Origin: an uncultured Acidobacteriota bacterium
Lineage (GTDB): Bacteria; Acidobacteriota; Vicinamibacteria; Vicinamibacterales; UBA2999
NCBI GenBank assembly: GCA_963807405.1
Contig: CAWEBU010000009.1
Coordinates: 881,068 to 945,067, forward strand
Reading direction: 5' to 3'
DNA: 64,000 nucleotides
Shown: in pieces, positions 8,966 to 19,726 of the stretch
Position numbering within the stretch: the stretch's first letter is position 1
Layout of the letters: every line of letters starts with the position of its first letter
Translations under genes and position numbers: made by a program
Notes under the pieces: generated by a model
What the model was told of the DNA's origin: nothing
The model's database searches: none
Seen by the model: the letters and a program-made list of their open reading frames with translations, nothing else

Positions 8966-10896
8966 TGGATCCAGTCAGTGACGTGAGCCGCGCCAGCGCG
9001 TGGCGGGGCTCGCTTGGGGCGATCGTCAGGGGCGGCGGGATGGTGGACTTCCGGGTCTGGGCGCCAGCGGCTCGGGCGGTGGACGTCGTCATCATGCGCG
9101 ACGGTCATGAGGATGAGACCTGTCCGCTCACCGGCGGGCCCGATGGCCTGTTCTCGCTCACCGGGCACGACCTCGACGCCGGCGCGCGCTATCACTACCT
9201 GCTCGACGGCGACGGTCCGCTGCCGGACCCGGCATCGCGCTGGCAGCCGCTCGGTGTCCACGGCGCCTCGGCCATCGTGGACCCGTCCGCCTTTGCCTGG
9301 TCGGACCAGGCCTGGCCGGGCGTCGCGCTCGACGCGCTCGCCATCTACGAGCTGCACGTCGGTACGTTCTCGGAGGCCGGCACCTTTGCCGGCGCCGCTG
9401 CCCGTCTGCCCGAGTTGAAGGAGCTGGGCGTCACGGCCATCGAGCTGATGCCGGTCGCCGACTTCCCCGGCCAGCGCAACTGGGGCTACGACGGCGTGTC
9501 GCTGTTCGCGCCGGCGCGTTGCTACGGCACGCCCGACGATCTCAGGCGCCTGGTCGACACCGCGCACGGCCTCGGCCTGGCGGTGATCCTGGATGCGGTC
9601 TACAACCACCTCGGCCCGGACGGCGCCTATCTCTCGCGCTTCAGTCCCTACTACTTCACGGATCGCCATCCCAGTCCGTGGGGCGCCGGCATCGACCTCG
9701 ACGGGCCGCACAGCGGCCGCGTGCGCGAGTTCTTCATCCAGAACGCCCTGCACTGGGTGCACGAGTACCACATCGACGGCCTGCGCCTCGACGCCACGCA
9801 CGCCATCCGCGACGGCAGCCCGCGGCACTTCCTCGCCGAGCTGGCGGCGGTCGTGCGCGGCTCGGCGCCAGGGCGGCGCCTGCACATCATCGCCGAGGAC
9901 GATCGCAACCTGGCGCGTCTCGTGACGCCGGCCGCCAGTGGCGGCTGGGGCCTCGATGCGGTGTGGGCCGACGACTTCCATCACCAGATGCGGCGGCAGC
10001 TGGCCGGCGATGCCGACGGCTACTTCCGCGACTACACCGGCAGCACCAGCGACATCGCCGAGACGCTGCGTCAGGGCTGGTTCTACACCGGTCAGCACTC
10101 ACTGCACGCCGGCCGGGAACGCGGCACCGATCCCGACGGCCTGCCGCTGCCGCGCTTCGTCGTCTGTCTGCAGAACCACGATCAGATCGGCAACCGCGCG
10201 CTCGGGGATCGGCTGCACCACGCGGTCGACCTGGCGGCCGTCCGCGCCGCCACCGCCCTGATGTTGACGGCGCCCGAGACGCCCCTCCTCTTCATGGGCC
10301 AGGAATGGGCGGCCTCGACGCCGTTCCAGTACTTCACCGATCACGGCGAGCCGCTGGGCCGGCTGGTGACCGAAGGCCGGCGTCGTGAGTTCGCGACCTT
10401 CGCGGCATTTTCCGAGGGCAGTCCGGAGGCGATTCCGGATCCCCAGGCGCCGGGGACCTTCGAGGGCTCCCGCCTGGCGTGGGACGAGCGGACCCGCGAG
10501 CCTCACGCCGCGATGCTGCGGTTCCACACGGCACTGCTGGCCTTCCGTCGCGATCACCTGGCCGGCGCCGCGGCCACCGGCTTCGAGGTGCTGGCTCTCG
10601 ACGACGGCACGCTCGCGATGCGGCGGGTTCTGGCCGATGGCCGGACCATGCTCGTCGTGGCGCGGTTGGCGGGCGCCGGCCTCGTCACGCCCGGTGCGGA
10701 TCTGCTGCGTGGCGGCGACCAGACCTGGACCTGCCATCTGACGAGTGAGGACGCCGGGTTCGCTGAGGCGCCGGTGCCCCCGGTGCTCGCCGGCACGCCC
10801 ACGGCGCCGGCGATTCGCTTCGCCGGCCCCGCCGCCGCTATCCTGATAACGGCCTCGCCCGACCCTGCCGCCCTTCACGACGGCGCGGCCACCTGA
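8962..10896 (+). CDS. treZ: Malto-oligosyltrehalose trehalohydrolase
   Basis: FRVWAP, PDPASRWQPLGVHG, YELHVGTF, RNWGYDG, DGLRLDATHA, QNHDQIGNR and LFMGQEW. Confidence 0.93.
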   Translation: MMDPVSDVSRASAWRGSLGAIVRGGGMVDFRVWAPAARAVDVVIMRDGHEDETCPLTGGPDGLFSLTGHDLDAGARYHYLLDGDGPLPDPASRWQPLGVHGASAIVDPSAFAWSDQAWPGVALDALAIYELHVGTFSEAGTFAGAAARLPELKELGVTAIELMPVADFPGQRNWGYDGVSLFAPARCYGTPDDLRRLVDTAHGLGLAVILDAVYNHLGPDGAYLSRFSPYYFTDRHPSPWGAGIDLDGPHSGRVREFFIQNALHWVHEYHIDGLRLDATHAIRDGSPRHFLAELAAVVRGSAPGRRLHIIAEDDRNLARLVTPAASGGWGLDAVWADDFHHQMRRQLAGDADGYFRDYTGSTSDIAETLRQGWFYTGQHSLHAGRERGTDPDGLPLPRFVVCLQNHDQIGNRALGDRLHHAVDLAAVRAATALMLTAPETPLLFMGQEWAASTPFQYFTDHGEPLGRLVTEGRRREFATFAAFSEGSPEAIPDPQAPGTFEGSRLAWDERTREPHAAMLRFHTALLAFRRDHLAGAAATGFEVLALDDGTLAMRRVLADGRTMLVVARLAGAGLVTPGADLLRGGDQTWTCHLTSEDAGFAEAPVPPVLAGTPTAPAIRFAGPAAAILITASPDPAALHDGAAT

Positions 10897-10898
10897 CC

Positions 10899-13847
10899 AT
10901 GTACTCAGATCCGGTATCGAACCCGCCGTCGCGCCCGGCGCCCGCCGCGCCTGGCGCCACCTATCGCCTGCAGCTGCACCTTGGCTTCACCTTCGAGGAC
11001 GCGGCGGCCCTGGCGCCGTATCTGGCGGCGCTCGGCGTCACGCACTGCTACTGCTCGCCGATCTTCACGGCCACGCCGGGCAGCACGCACGGCTACGACG
11101 TCTGCAAACACACCGAGATCAGTCCGGAGCTCGGCGGCGAGGCCGGCCTGGCGGCCTTCCGCCAGGCGCTCGACGCGGCCGGGTTGGGGCTCGTGCTCGA
11201 CTTCGTGCCCAATCACATGAGCGTCGATCCGCACACCAACGTGTGGTGGCGCGACGTGCTCGAGAACGGCCCCAGCTCGCCGTTTGCCACCTTCTTCGAC
11301 ATCGACTGGGATCCCATCAAGCCGGAGCTCAAGGATCGGCTGCTGCTGCCGGTGCTCGGCGAGCCCTACGGCGAGGCGCTCGAGAGCGGCGCCATCACGC
11401 TCGTCTACGACGACGGGGCGCTCCACTTCTCCTACGGCACGCTGCGCGTGCCGGTCAACCCGCGCCGTTCGACGCTCGTCTACGACACCGGCCTCGAGGC
11501 GCTCGAGACGGCGATGGCGGGGAGCGATGACCTGCGCGAGTTCCAGAGCATCCTGGCGTCGCTGCGCAACCTGCCGCCCTACATCGAGCGTGACGCCCGT
11601 TTGATCGTCGAGCGGCAGCGCGAGAAGGAAGTGGCGCGGCAGCGGCTGGCGCGGCTCGTCGAGGCCAGCTCGCAGGTGCGGACCCACATCGAGCAGGCGA
11701 TCGCGATGTTCAACGGCCGCCCGGGTGAAGCCGCCAGCTTCGACCGCCTGCACCACCTGCTCGAGCAGCAGGCCTACCGGCTGGCGTCGTGGCGCACCGC
11801 CGCCGACGAGATCAACTACCGGCGCTTCTTCGACATCAACGAGCTGGCGGCGCTGCGGGTCGAGGATCCCGCCGTCTTCGGCGAGATCCACACCCGCCTG
11901 CTCGCGCTGCTGGCCGACGGCACGGCCTCCGGCGTGCGTCTCGATCACATCGACGGTCTGTTCGATCCGCGGGCCTACCTCGAGGCGCTGGCGCAGGCGG
12001 CCGGCCGCTCCGCCGAGCCGTCGGCGGCCGCGGCCCCGCCCTACATCGTGGTCGAGAAGATCCTCGCCGAGGGCGAGGCGCTCCGCGATGACTGGCCGGT
12101 GGCCGGGACGACCGGCTACGAGTTCATGAACGACGTCAACGGCGTGCTGGTCGACGCGCGCCAGGCCAAGAAGATGCGGCGCCTGTACGAGCGCGTCATC
12201 GGCCGCCAGGTGGCGTTTGCCGATGTCGCCTACGAAAGCCAGCGCCTGGCCGTGACGAACGCGCTCAGCAGCGAGTTCCAGGTTCTCGCCCAGGCCGTCA
12301 ACCGCCTGTCGGAGCGCGACCGCCGCTCACGCGACTTCACGCTGGGCAGCATCCGGCGCGCGCTGCGCGAGCTGGTGGCGTGCTTTCCCATCTATCGCAC
12401 CTACGTGGACGCCCGCCGCGTCACGCCGGCCGATGTGGCGGCGGTCGACGCCGCCATCGCCGAGGCGGTGCGGCGCAATCCGGCCATGGAGCGCTCGATC
12501 TTCGCGTTCCTCCGCACGGTGCTGCTGCCGGTCGCCGGGGCCGACGAAGCGCGCCTCCGCGTGGCGCAGCGCTTCCAGCAGTACACCGCACCGGTGCAGG
12601 CCAAGGGCGTGGAAGACACCGCGTTCTACCGCTATCACGCCCTGACCTCGCTCAACGAGGTGGGCGGCGAACCGGGCCGCTTCGGGCGATCGGTCGAGCA
12701 CTTCCATGCCGCCAACCTCGCCCGCCAGCAGCGCTGGCCCGGCGGCATGCTGTCGACCACCACGCACGACACCAAGCGCAGCGAGGATGCCCGCGCGCGC
12801 ATCACGGCGCTCAGCGAACTGGCCGAGACCTGGCAGCAGGAGGTCCTGCGCTGGCGGCGGCTGAACGCCTCCAACCGCAAGCGGCTGGCCGGCGGACAGG
12901 CGCCCGACGCCAACGACGAGTACCTGTTCTACCAGGCGCTCGTCGGGACCTGGCCGGTGGAGGTGACCGCCGATGGCACGACCGCCGCCCTGTCCACGGC
13001 CCCGGCGGAGATCGTCGAGCGCCTGACCGCCTACATGCACAAGGCCCTCAAGGAAGCCAAGCTCAACACGAGCTGGATCACGCCCAACGAGGCCTACGAG
13101 GCGGCGACGGCGCGCTTCATCGAGCGCACGCTCACCGGTGCGACGGCACCGGCCTTCCTGGCGCAGTTCGCGCCGTTTGCCGCGCAGGTGGCGCGGGCCG
13201 GGATGCTGAACTCGCTGGCGCAGCAGGTGCTGAAGCTGACCTCGCCGGGCGTGCCCGATCTCTACCAGGGCACGGAGCTGTGGGACCTGAGTCTCGTCGA
13301 CCCCGACAACCGCCGGCCGGTGGACTTCGAACGGCGGCGCCAGTTCCTGGCCGAGGTCGCGCCGTGGATCGCGGTCGACGGCGATGGATCGCGGACGGAC
13401 GAACGGATCCGGCAGCTCGACGAGTGGCTCGCCTCGTGGCCGGACGGCCGCATCAAGCTCTACATGACCGCACTCACGCTCGGCGCCCGGCGCGCGTGGC
13501 CCGATCTCTTCGCGGCCGGCGGCTACCAGCCGCTGGCGGTGGAGGGCGATCAGCAGCAGCACGTGGTGGCGTTCGTGCGGCATCACGAGGGCCGGGTGCT
13601 GCTGGTCGTCGTGCCGCGCCTGGCCACGGCACTTGCCGGCGAGGCGCTGCCGGTGGGCGCCGACGTCTGGGGCGCCACGTCGATGGCGCTGCCGGCGGAG
13701 TTCGCGCGCCTCGACTACCGCAACCTGGTGACGGGCGCGGCGGTGGCCGCCGTCGACGGACGCCTGCGTCTGGCCGACGTGCTGTCGGCCTGCCCGGTGG
13801 CGCTGCTGGCGGCCGGACCGGGCGCGGCGAACAGCACCGAGCGCTGA
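10899..13847 (+). CDS. treY: Malto-oligosyltrehalose synthase
   Basis: ATYRLQ, GSTHGYDV, DFVPNHM, INYRRFFDIN, RLDHIDGL, VEKIL, THDTKRSED and LVDPDNRRPVD. Confidence 0.95.
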   Translation: MYSDPVSNPPSRPAPAAPGATYRLQLHLGFTFEDAAALAPYLAALGVTHCYCSPIFTATPGSTHGYDVCKHTEISPELGGEAGLAAFRQALDAAGLGLVLDFVPNHMSVDPHTNVWWRDVLENGPSSPFATFFDIDWDPIKPELKDRLLLPVLGEPYGEALESGAITLVYDDGALHFSYGTLRVPVNPRRSTLVYDTGLEALETAMAGSDDLREFQSILASLRNLPPYIERDARLIVERQREKEVARQRLARLVEASSQVRTHIEQAIAMFNGRPGEAASFDRLHHLLEQQAYRLASWRTAADEINYRRFFDINELAALRVEDPAVFGEIHTRLLALLADGTASGVRLDHIDGLFDPRAYLEALAQAAGRSAEPSAAAAPPYIVVEKILAEGEALRDDWPVAGTTGYEFMNDVNGVLVDARQAKKMRRLYERVIGRQVAFADVAYESQRLAVTNALSSEFQVLAQAVNRLSERDRRSRDFTLGSIRRALRELVACFPIYRTYVDARRVTPADVAAVDAAIAEAVRRNPAMERSIFAFLRTVLLPVAGADEARLRVAQRFQQYTAPVQAKGVEDTAFYRYHALTSLNEVGGEPGRFGRSVEHFHAANLARQQRWPGGMLSTTTHDTKRSEDARARITALSELAETWQQEVLRWRRLNASNRKRLAGGQAPDANDEYLFYQALVGTWPVEVTADGTTAALSTAPAEIVERLTAYMHKALKEAKLNTSWITPNEAYEAATARFIERTLTGATAPAFLAQFAPFAAQVARAGMLNSLAQQVLKLTSPGVPDLYQGTELWDLSLVDPDNRRPVDFERRRQFLAEVAPWIAVDGDGSRTDERIRQLDEWLASWPDGRIKLYMTALTLGARRAWPDLFAAGGYQPLAVEGDQQQHVVAFVRHHEGRVLLVVVPRLATALAGEALPVGADVWGATSMALPAEFARLDYRNLVTGAAVAAVDGRLRLADVLSACPVALLAAGPGAANSTER

Positions 13848-13870
13848 CGAGCGCCGGCGGCGAGTGCGAC

Positions 13871-14794
13871 CTACGTCCCGATTGCCGGCGCTGCCGGCGG
13901 AGTCCGCGGGAACAGACGCTCGACATTGCCGCCCACGATGTCGGCGACCTGTGCGTCCGTGGCGCCCGCCTCGGCCAGGGCCCGCCGCTGCGCTTCGAGA
14001 ATCGCCGGCTGCCAGCCGCGCGGGAAGTACGACGAGTCGCTGCCGAAGAGCAGGCGCTCGGACCCCATGACATCGAGCGAGGCCCGGAACGCGTCGCGCA
14101 GCGTCAGGTGTGGCGTGTAGCGCAGCCACCGGTTCGATGACGACGTGTCGAAGTGCACGTTGGGGCAGACATCGGCGAGCATCAGCGCCTCGCGCAGGAG
14201 GCCGGCGCCGAAGTGGGGCAGGATGAACGGCAAGTGCGGGTGGGCCAGTGCCGGGCCCTGCAGGTCGAGCGGATTGCCGAAGCGCATCTCGAAGCGGCTC
14301 GGCAGCCCCAGCCTGGCGCGCGCGCCCACCGACAGGACCCCGCAATGGACGAACACGGCCGTGCCGGCCGCGGCGGCCGCCATCTCGCAGACGCGCGCGA
14401 CCTCGGGACCGTGCAGGGCATAGCGATGCATGGCGGGGAAGAGGCAGACGCCGCGCAGTCCGTGGGCGGCCGCCCACGCCATGCGGCCCAGGGCGTCGTC
14501 CTCGGTCGGGTCCAGCATGTAGAAGCCGATGAAGCGCTCGGGGTGGAGGCCGACCGCCTCCACGACCGCCGCTTCGTCGGCCGGCACCGAGGCGAAGAGG
14601 ATCGCCCGCGAGACCCCGTGACGGTCGAGCTCGCCGACCCAGCGACCGGCGAGCGCCGCGACCGACTGCGGCCCGTCCCAGCCGAGCGTGGTGGTCACCG
14701 CATCGACGCGTCCCTCGGCAGCCAGGCCTCGCTGCGCGCCCAGGGTGTCGAAGAACCCGGGCGAGAAGAAGTGCACGTGCGCGTCGCAGATCAT
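13871..14794 (-). CDS. Amidohydrolase_2 family metal-dependent hydrolase
   Basis: N-terminal 'ICDAHVH' (HxH), 'FVHCG', 'LPHFG' and 'LLFGSDS'; start overlaps the MATE stop. Confidence 0.8.
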   Translation of the reverse strand: MICDAHVHFFSPGFFDTLGAQRGLAAEGRVDAVTTTLGWDGPQSVAALAGRWVGELDRHGVSRAILFASVPADEAAVVEAVGLHPERFIGFYMLDPTEDDALGRMAWAAAHGLRGVCLFPAMHRYALHGPEVARVCEMAAAAAGTAVFVHCGVLSVGARARLGLPSRFEMRFGNPLDLQGPALAHPHLPFILPHFGAGLLREALMLADVCPNVHFDTSSSNRWLRYTPHLTLRDAFRASLDVMGSERLLFGSDSSYFPRGWQPAILEAQRRALAEAGATDAQVADIVGGNVERLFPRTPPAAPAIGT

Positions 14795-16140
14795 CGGAGC
14801 CTCCCCGTGGTCGTGTAGTGAGTGATGCGGCGATGCCAGTACCAGGTGAGCACCACGCCGCAGACGATCAGGCCGATGGACAGGCCCATCCACAGTCCGA
14901 GCACGCCGAACCCGAGCGGAAAACACAGCACGTAGGCGATCGGCAGGCCGATGAACCAGTGGCCGGCCAGGTTCACCATCATCGCCATCCGCGTGCTGCC
15001 CAGTCCGCGCAGGGCGCCGGTGGCCACGGCCTGGAGGCCGTCGAACAACTGGAAGACGGCGGCGACGAGCAACAGCGACGCGCCGAGGGCCACGACCTCC
15101 GGCCCAGGCGAGAAGAGCCCGATGAGCGTGCCTGGCGCCACCAGGAAGGCGAGCGCCGTCGTGCACATGAAACCCGAGCCGAGCAGGATGGCCATCCAGC
15201 CGGCGCGTGCGGCGCCGTGCGGATCGCGGGCGCCGACGCGGCTGCCGACCCGGACAGCGCCGGCCGAGGCCACGCCGAGCGGCACCATGAACGCCGCGCC
15301 GGCGATGTTGAGCGCGATCTGATGGGACGCGCTCGAGACCGGGTCGAGACGTCCGGCCAGGGCCGTCGCCAGACCGAACACGCCCACTTCGAGCGTGACC
15401 TGCGTGGCGGCGGGGAAGCCGAGCCGCCACAGACGCGCGAAGCGCTCGCGCGACAGCCGGCGCGAGACTTCCGCCAGACCCGCGGCCCGCGCACTGTCGA
15501 TCCAGCGGGCGGCGACCCACAGCACGCCGAGCATGTAGACGCGCGACAGGCAGGTCGCCCAGGCAGCGCCCGCCACCCCGAGCTCCGGCAGGCCGAGCCG
15601 GCCGTAGATGAGCGTCCAGTTGGCGGCGGCATTCAGGAGGTTGGCGGTGACGAGCGCGAAGGCAATCGGCGCCACCACGTGCATGCCTTGCAGGTAGCGG
15701 CGCACTGCGGCGTACAGCAGCAGCGGCAGCGTGCTCCAGATCACGATGCCGAAGTACTCGTGCAGCAGCGGCCCGACGTCGGGGTGGAAGCCGAGATGCG
15801 GAATCGCCGCCAGCACGCCGAAGCACACGGCGAGGATCGGCACGCTGAGCCCGGCGCCCATGGCGATGCCGTGGACCAGCCAGCGATGGCAGTCGCGGTG
15901 GTCGCCGGCGCCGTGCGCCTGTGACACCAGGGTATCGAGCCCGAGCAGCAGGCCCATCCCGAACACCGCGAAGGCCATGTGCAGGGACGCCCCGATGCCG
16001 GTCGCGCCGATGGCCGCCGGCCCGAGCGGGGCCACCATGATGGTGTCCACGATGCCCATGGACATCCAGCCGAGCTCGGCGAGCACGACCGGGAGCGCGA
16101 GTCGGAGCATCGGCGCCAGCTCGGCGCGCAGGGACCACAT
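14791..16140 (-). CDS. MATE family efflux transporter (NorM-like)
   Basis: 'LALPVVLAEL..M.MGIVDTIMV', 'SQAHGA', 'HQIALN' and 'FQLFDGLQ..ATGALRG'; about 12 TM segments. Confidence 0.9.
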   Translation of the reverse strand: MWSLRAELAPMLRLALPVVLAELGWMSMGIVDTIMVAPLGPAAIGATGIGASLHMAFAVFGMGLLLGLDTLVSQAHGAGDHRDCHRWLVHGIAMGAGLSVPILAVCFGVLAAIPHLGFHPDVGPLLHEYFGIVIWSTLPLLLYAAVRRYLQGMHVVAPIAFALVTANLLNAAANWTLIYGRLGLPELGVAGAAWATCLSRVYMLGVLWVAARWIDSARAAGLAEVSRRLSRERFARLWRLGFPAATQVTLEVGVFGLATALAGRLDPVSSASHQIALNIAGAAFMVPLGVASAGAVRVGSRVGARDPHGAARAGWMAILLGSGFMCTTALAFLVAPGTLIGLFSPGPEVVALGASLLLVAAVFQLFDGLQAVATGALRGLGSTRMAMMVNLAGHWFIGLPIAYVLCFPLGFGVLGLWMGLSIGLIVCGVVLTWYWHRRITHYTTTGRLR

Positions 16141-16236
16141 CGGAGCGTCGATGGTAACTGGAAACTGCCAAGGGCCTGGCCCCCGTGGCACGAGAGTTGT
16201 GCCAGGGGTTGAAGTTCCTGCTACGCTCCCGCGCGT

Positions 16237-17491
16237 ATGGTCACGCTGACGCGTCGCCGGATGCTGCGGACGCTCGCCGCTGTTCCCGCCTTCGCCGGTG
16301 CTTCCGGCACCCGCGTCGCCCGGGCCCAGCCGGACACCGGTGTTCCCTACGGCGCCGGCACGCTGCCGCCCGGCATTCGCTCGCGCGTCGTCAGCGGCGT
16401 GAACGGCATCGCCATGCACGTGCTCGAGGCCGGCCACGAGTCACCCGGACGTCCCGGCCTGCTCCTCGTGCACGGCTTTCCCGAGCTCGGCTACAGCTGG
16501 CGCAAGGTGATGCGGCCCCTGGCCGCCGCCGGCTACCACGTCATGGCGCCCGACCTGCGCGGCTACGGGCGCAGCGGCGGCACCGATGTCGGCTTCGATG
16601 ACGACCTCGCGCCGTTCTCCACGCTGAACCGCGTGCGGGACATGATGGCGCTGACCTCGGCGCTCGGCCATCGCGAGCTGGCCTGCGTCGTCGGCCACGA
16701 CTTCGGCTCGCCGGTGGCCGCGTGGTGCGCGCTGACGCGCCCCGACGTCTTCCGCACGGTCGTGATGATGAGCGCGCCGTTCGGCGGCACCGCGCGTCTG
16801 CCGTTCGACACCGCCAACGTCGCTCCCGCGCCGGCCGCACCCGCGCCCGATATGGACGCCGGACTCGCCGCCCTGACCCCGCCGCGCAAGCATTACCAGA
16901 CCTACTACACGACGCGCGAGGCCAATGCCGACATGTGGAAGCCGCCCCAGGGACTGCACGCGTTCCTGCGCGCCTACTACCACGCCAAGAGTGCCGACTG
17001 GCCGGGCAACCGTCCGCATCCGCTCGCCGCCAACACGCCGGCCGAGTTCGCACGACTGCCGCGCTACTACGTGATGGATGCCGGCAAAGGCATGGCGGAG
17101 CAGGTGGCGGCCGACATGCCGACCGCCGCCGCAATCGCCGCCTGCCAGTGGTTGCCCGACCGCGAACTCGCCGTCTACGCGAGCGAGTACGGACGCACCG
17201 GCTTCCAGGGCGGCCTGCAGTCGTATCGCGTCGGCCGCACGCCGCGGCTGTCAGCCGAGCTGACGCTCTTTGCCGGGCGCACCATCGACGTGCCGGCCAC
17301 CTTCATCGCCGGGACGTCCGACTGGGGCGTGTTCCAGCGGGCCGGCAGCTTCGAGGCGATGCAGAAGACGGCCTGCACGCAGTTCACAGGGCGCGCACCT
17401 CGTCGACGGCGCCGGGCACTGGGTGCAGCAGGAGCAGCCGGCGCGGGTCGCCGAGCTCGTGCTCGCGTTCATGAGGGGCGCACGCGGCTGA
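16237..17491 (+). CDS. Epoxide hydrolase-like alpha/beta hydrolase with twin-arginine-like leader (frameshift near 17390)
   Basis: HGFP and GHDFG nucleophile motifs; the catalytic His motif 'GAGHWVQQEQP' lies in the next frame (ORF ending 17491); leader 'TRRRMLR'. Confidence 0.8.
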
Positions 17492-17567
17492 TTGCGCATA
17501 CCTTGCCAGGGGCCGCAGACCCACCGCGCGGTTCGCGTGTGGCCGTTCCCGGCCGCAAGGAGTCCAC

Positions 17568-17888
17568 ATGGCCAAGTACATGGTGAAGGCAAGCTACACG
17601 ACGGAGGGAATCCGGGGGCTTCTGAAGCAGGGCGGCACGGCCCGGGTCACCTCGGTGACCCAGGCGGTGGAGAAGCTGGGTGGCAAGGTGGAGGCGTTCC
17701 ATTTCGCCTACGGTCCCGCTGATGCCATCGTCATCGTGGACGTGCCGAACGAGACCGCCGCGCTGGCGCTCAGCCTGGCCGTCAACGCCTCGGGCGCCGT
17801 CACGCTCGAGATGGTGCCACTCATCTCCGCCAAGCAGGTCGACGAGGCCGCCAAGCTGACCGTCGGTTACGCCGCCCCGGGCGCCTGA
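17568..17888 (+). CDS. GYD domain protein
   Basis: 'YTTEGIRGL...R...VEKLGGKVEAFHFAYGPAD' pattern; AGGAG RBS. Confidence 0.75.
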   Translation: MAKYMVKASYTTEGIRGLLKQGGTARVTSVTQAVEKLGGKVEAFHFAYGPADAIVIVDVPNETAALALSLAVNASGAVTLEMVPLISAKQVDEAAKLTVGYAAPGA

Positions 17889-17934
17889 GCGTCCCCGGGC
17901 GGCGGGGTCCGGTCCGTCGCCGTCACTCCGCCCC

Positions 17935-17957
17935 GTGACGGTGACAGACCCCGTTAC
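17935..17957. repeat. REP-like short palindromic repeat, copy 1
   Basis: GTGACGGTGACAGACCCCGTTAC; the 15-bp core GACAGACCCCGTTAC is identical to the copies at 20132 and 20160. Confidence 0.6.
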
Positions 17958-17961
17958 GACG

Positions 17962-19606
17962 TCAGCGGGTGCCGGGGAGCGCCGGCATCTGGTCCTTCTG
18001 GAAACGCGGCAGCTTCTCGTCGCGCATCGCCAGGTGATACACCGCCGTCGCAATGGCCATCGCCGACTGCTGCGCGTCGCTCTCGATGATGCGTTCGTAG
18101 GTGTCGAGATTGGTGTGCCAGGTGTGGGTGCCGTACTCGATCGGGTCCTGGCCCACGCTGATGCCGGGCAGGCCGATCTGGTTGAACGACGTGTGGTCCG
18201 AGCCGCCGCGCACGCGCGAGCGCGTGGCATTGGCGCCCATCACGCCGTTGGCCTCGAACGGCGCGATGATCGGGCGCAGCACGTCGGCCGCCGCCGGCGG
18301 TCCGAACACCGTCATGCCGCGCGCCTTGCCGGTGCCCGAGTCGATGTTGAAGTAGCCGGCGAAGTGCTCGTACTCCGGCTTCGGGCTCTCGAACGTGCCG
18401 AAGTGCTGCGCCACATAGGCCACCGAGCCGCGCAGGCCCTGCTCCTCGCCGCTCCACAGCGCCAGGCGGATGGTGCGCCGCGGCTTGCACGCCGATCGCC
18501 TGCAGGATGCGGATCGCCTCGAACATCGTCGACACGCCAATCGCGTTGTCGGTGGCGCCGGTGGCGGCATGCCACGAATCCAGATGGCCGCCGAGCATCA
18601 CCACTTCCTGCGCCTTGTCGGTGCCGGGAATCTCGGCGATCACGTTGTGCTGCGTCGTGCCGTCCGGATAGGTCTGGTTGACGATGGTGGCTTCGAGTGA
18701 GACGGGATGGCCGCTGGCCATGAGCCGTGCGATGCGGCCGTAGTCCTCGTTGCGCATCACGATTGTCGGCACCGCCTTCGTCACATCGAAGTTGCGGTTG
18801 TTGAAGGCGCGGATCTGGCCGTGCTCGCGACCGGCGTCGTTCACGCGCAGGGCCGCGCCCTGCTCCTTGAGGAACAGGTTGAGCTGATCCTGGAACTGAT
18901 CCGTCGTGAGCGGTGCCAGCTTCGGATCGGCTGGCGCCGCCGCCGGCGCCGCGGCCGGACCGCCGAAGGGCGACGGCGGGGGAGTGGGCGAGAACTGCGC
19001 GCGCGCGTCGTTGTCGTCGCGACGCTTGGCCGGCGGATCGATCGAGACCGCCACCGTGCCCGGTTGCCCGACGAGCACGGCGCGGCCCTTCAGATTGCCA
19101 CGCAGGCGCGCGAAGAATCTGTCGGCGTCGGCCTGCGTCGGCCGCACGGGCGGGTCGACGATCACGGTCGACGCGGTGATCGTGCCGCTCGTCCCCGGTG
19201 TCCATGCCAGTGCTTCCACCACCAGGCTGTCCTTCACGGGCGAGACGATGTGCACCGCCGTCTTCTCGTTCAGCCAGCCGGGATGGCCGAAGTCCCACTC
19301 CTCGAGGTGCGCGTTCTTCAGACCCGCTGCCGTGGCGCGCGCGACCAGCCAGTCCTGCGCCTTCCGCAGGTTGGGCGAACCGGTGAGCCGCGGGCCGTAG
19401 AGGTCGGTGAGGACGTGCAGCGTCCGCAGAATCTCGGAGCGGTCGGTGGCCTCGCGGCGGATCTTCCAGACGATGTCCTCGTCGACGCGCTCTGCGGGCC
19501 TGGCGGCGCGATTCTGACCGCCTTGCTGGGCGGCGGGCGCGGACTGGAGCCCCGGCACGGTGGCCAGGGCGCCAAGAAGGGTGACGGAGAGCAATGCTGT
19601 GCGCAT
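17962..19606 (-). CDS. M28 family secreted peptidase (carboxypeptidase Q-like; frameshift near 18490)
   Basis: Signal peptide, 'GPRLTGS' and '[19 protein letters not shown]'; the next frame gives 'SGEEQGL', 'YFNID', 'GSDH' and 'WHTNLD'. Confidence 0.85.
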
Positions 19607-19726
19607 GCGCGGGATGTTACACCTGGCGGGCCGCGCATCAGGCCAGGCCGCCAGGCGTGTGACGGTTGTTCGCTGACGGGCGCACCGGGGCCGGCCACGG
19701 GGCGGACGGCGGCATACACTGGCGCC

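Noticed and set aside
1230-14477. Long antisense and alternate-frame ORFs (for example 1230-2645, 3200-4933 and 12327-14477)
   Set aside because: Shadow ORFs of GC-rich genes: Arg/Pro/Gly-rich, no motifs, and fully overlapping well-supported CDSs.
13871-16437. Apparent 766-aa and 548-aa fusion ORFs
   Set aside because: Upstream open-frame extensions; the real starts are 14794 (amidohydrolase) and 16140 (MATE).
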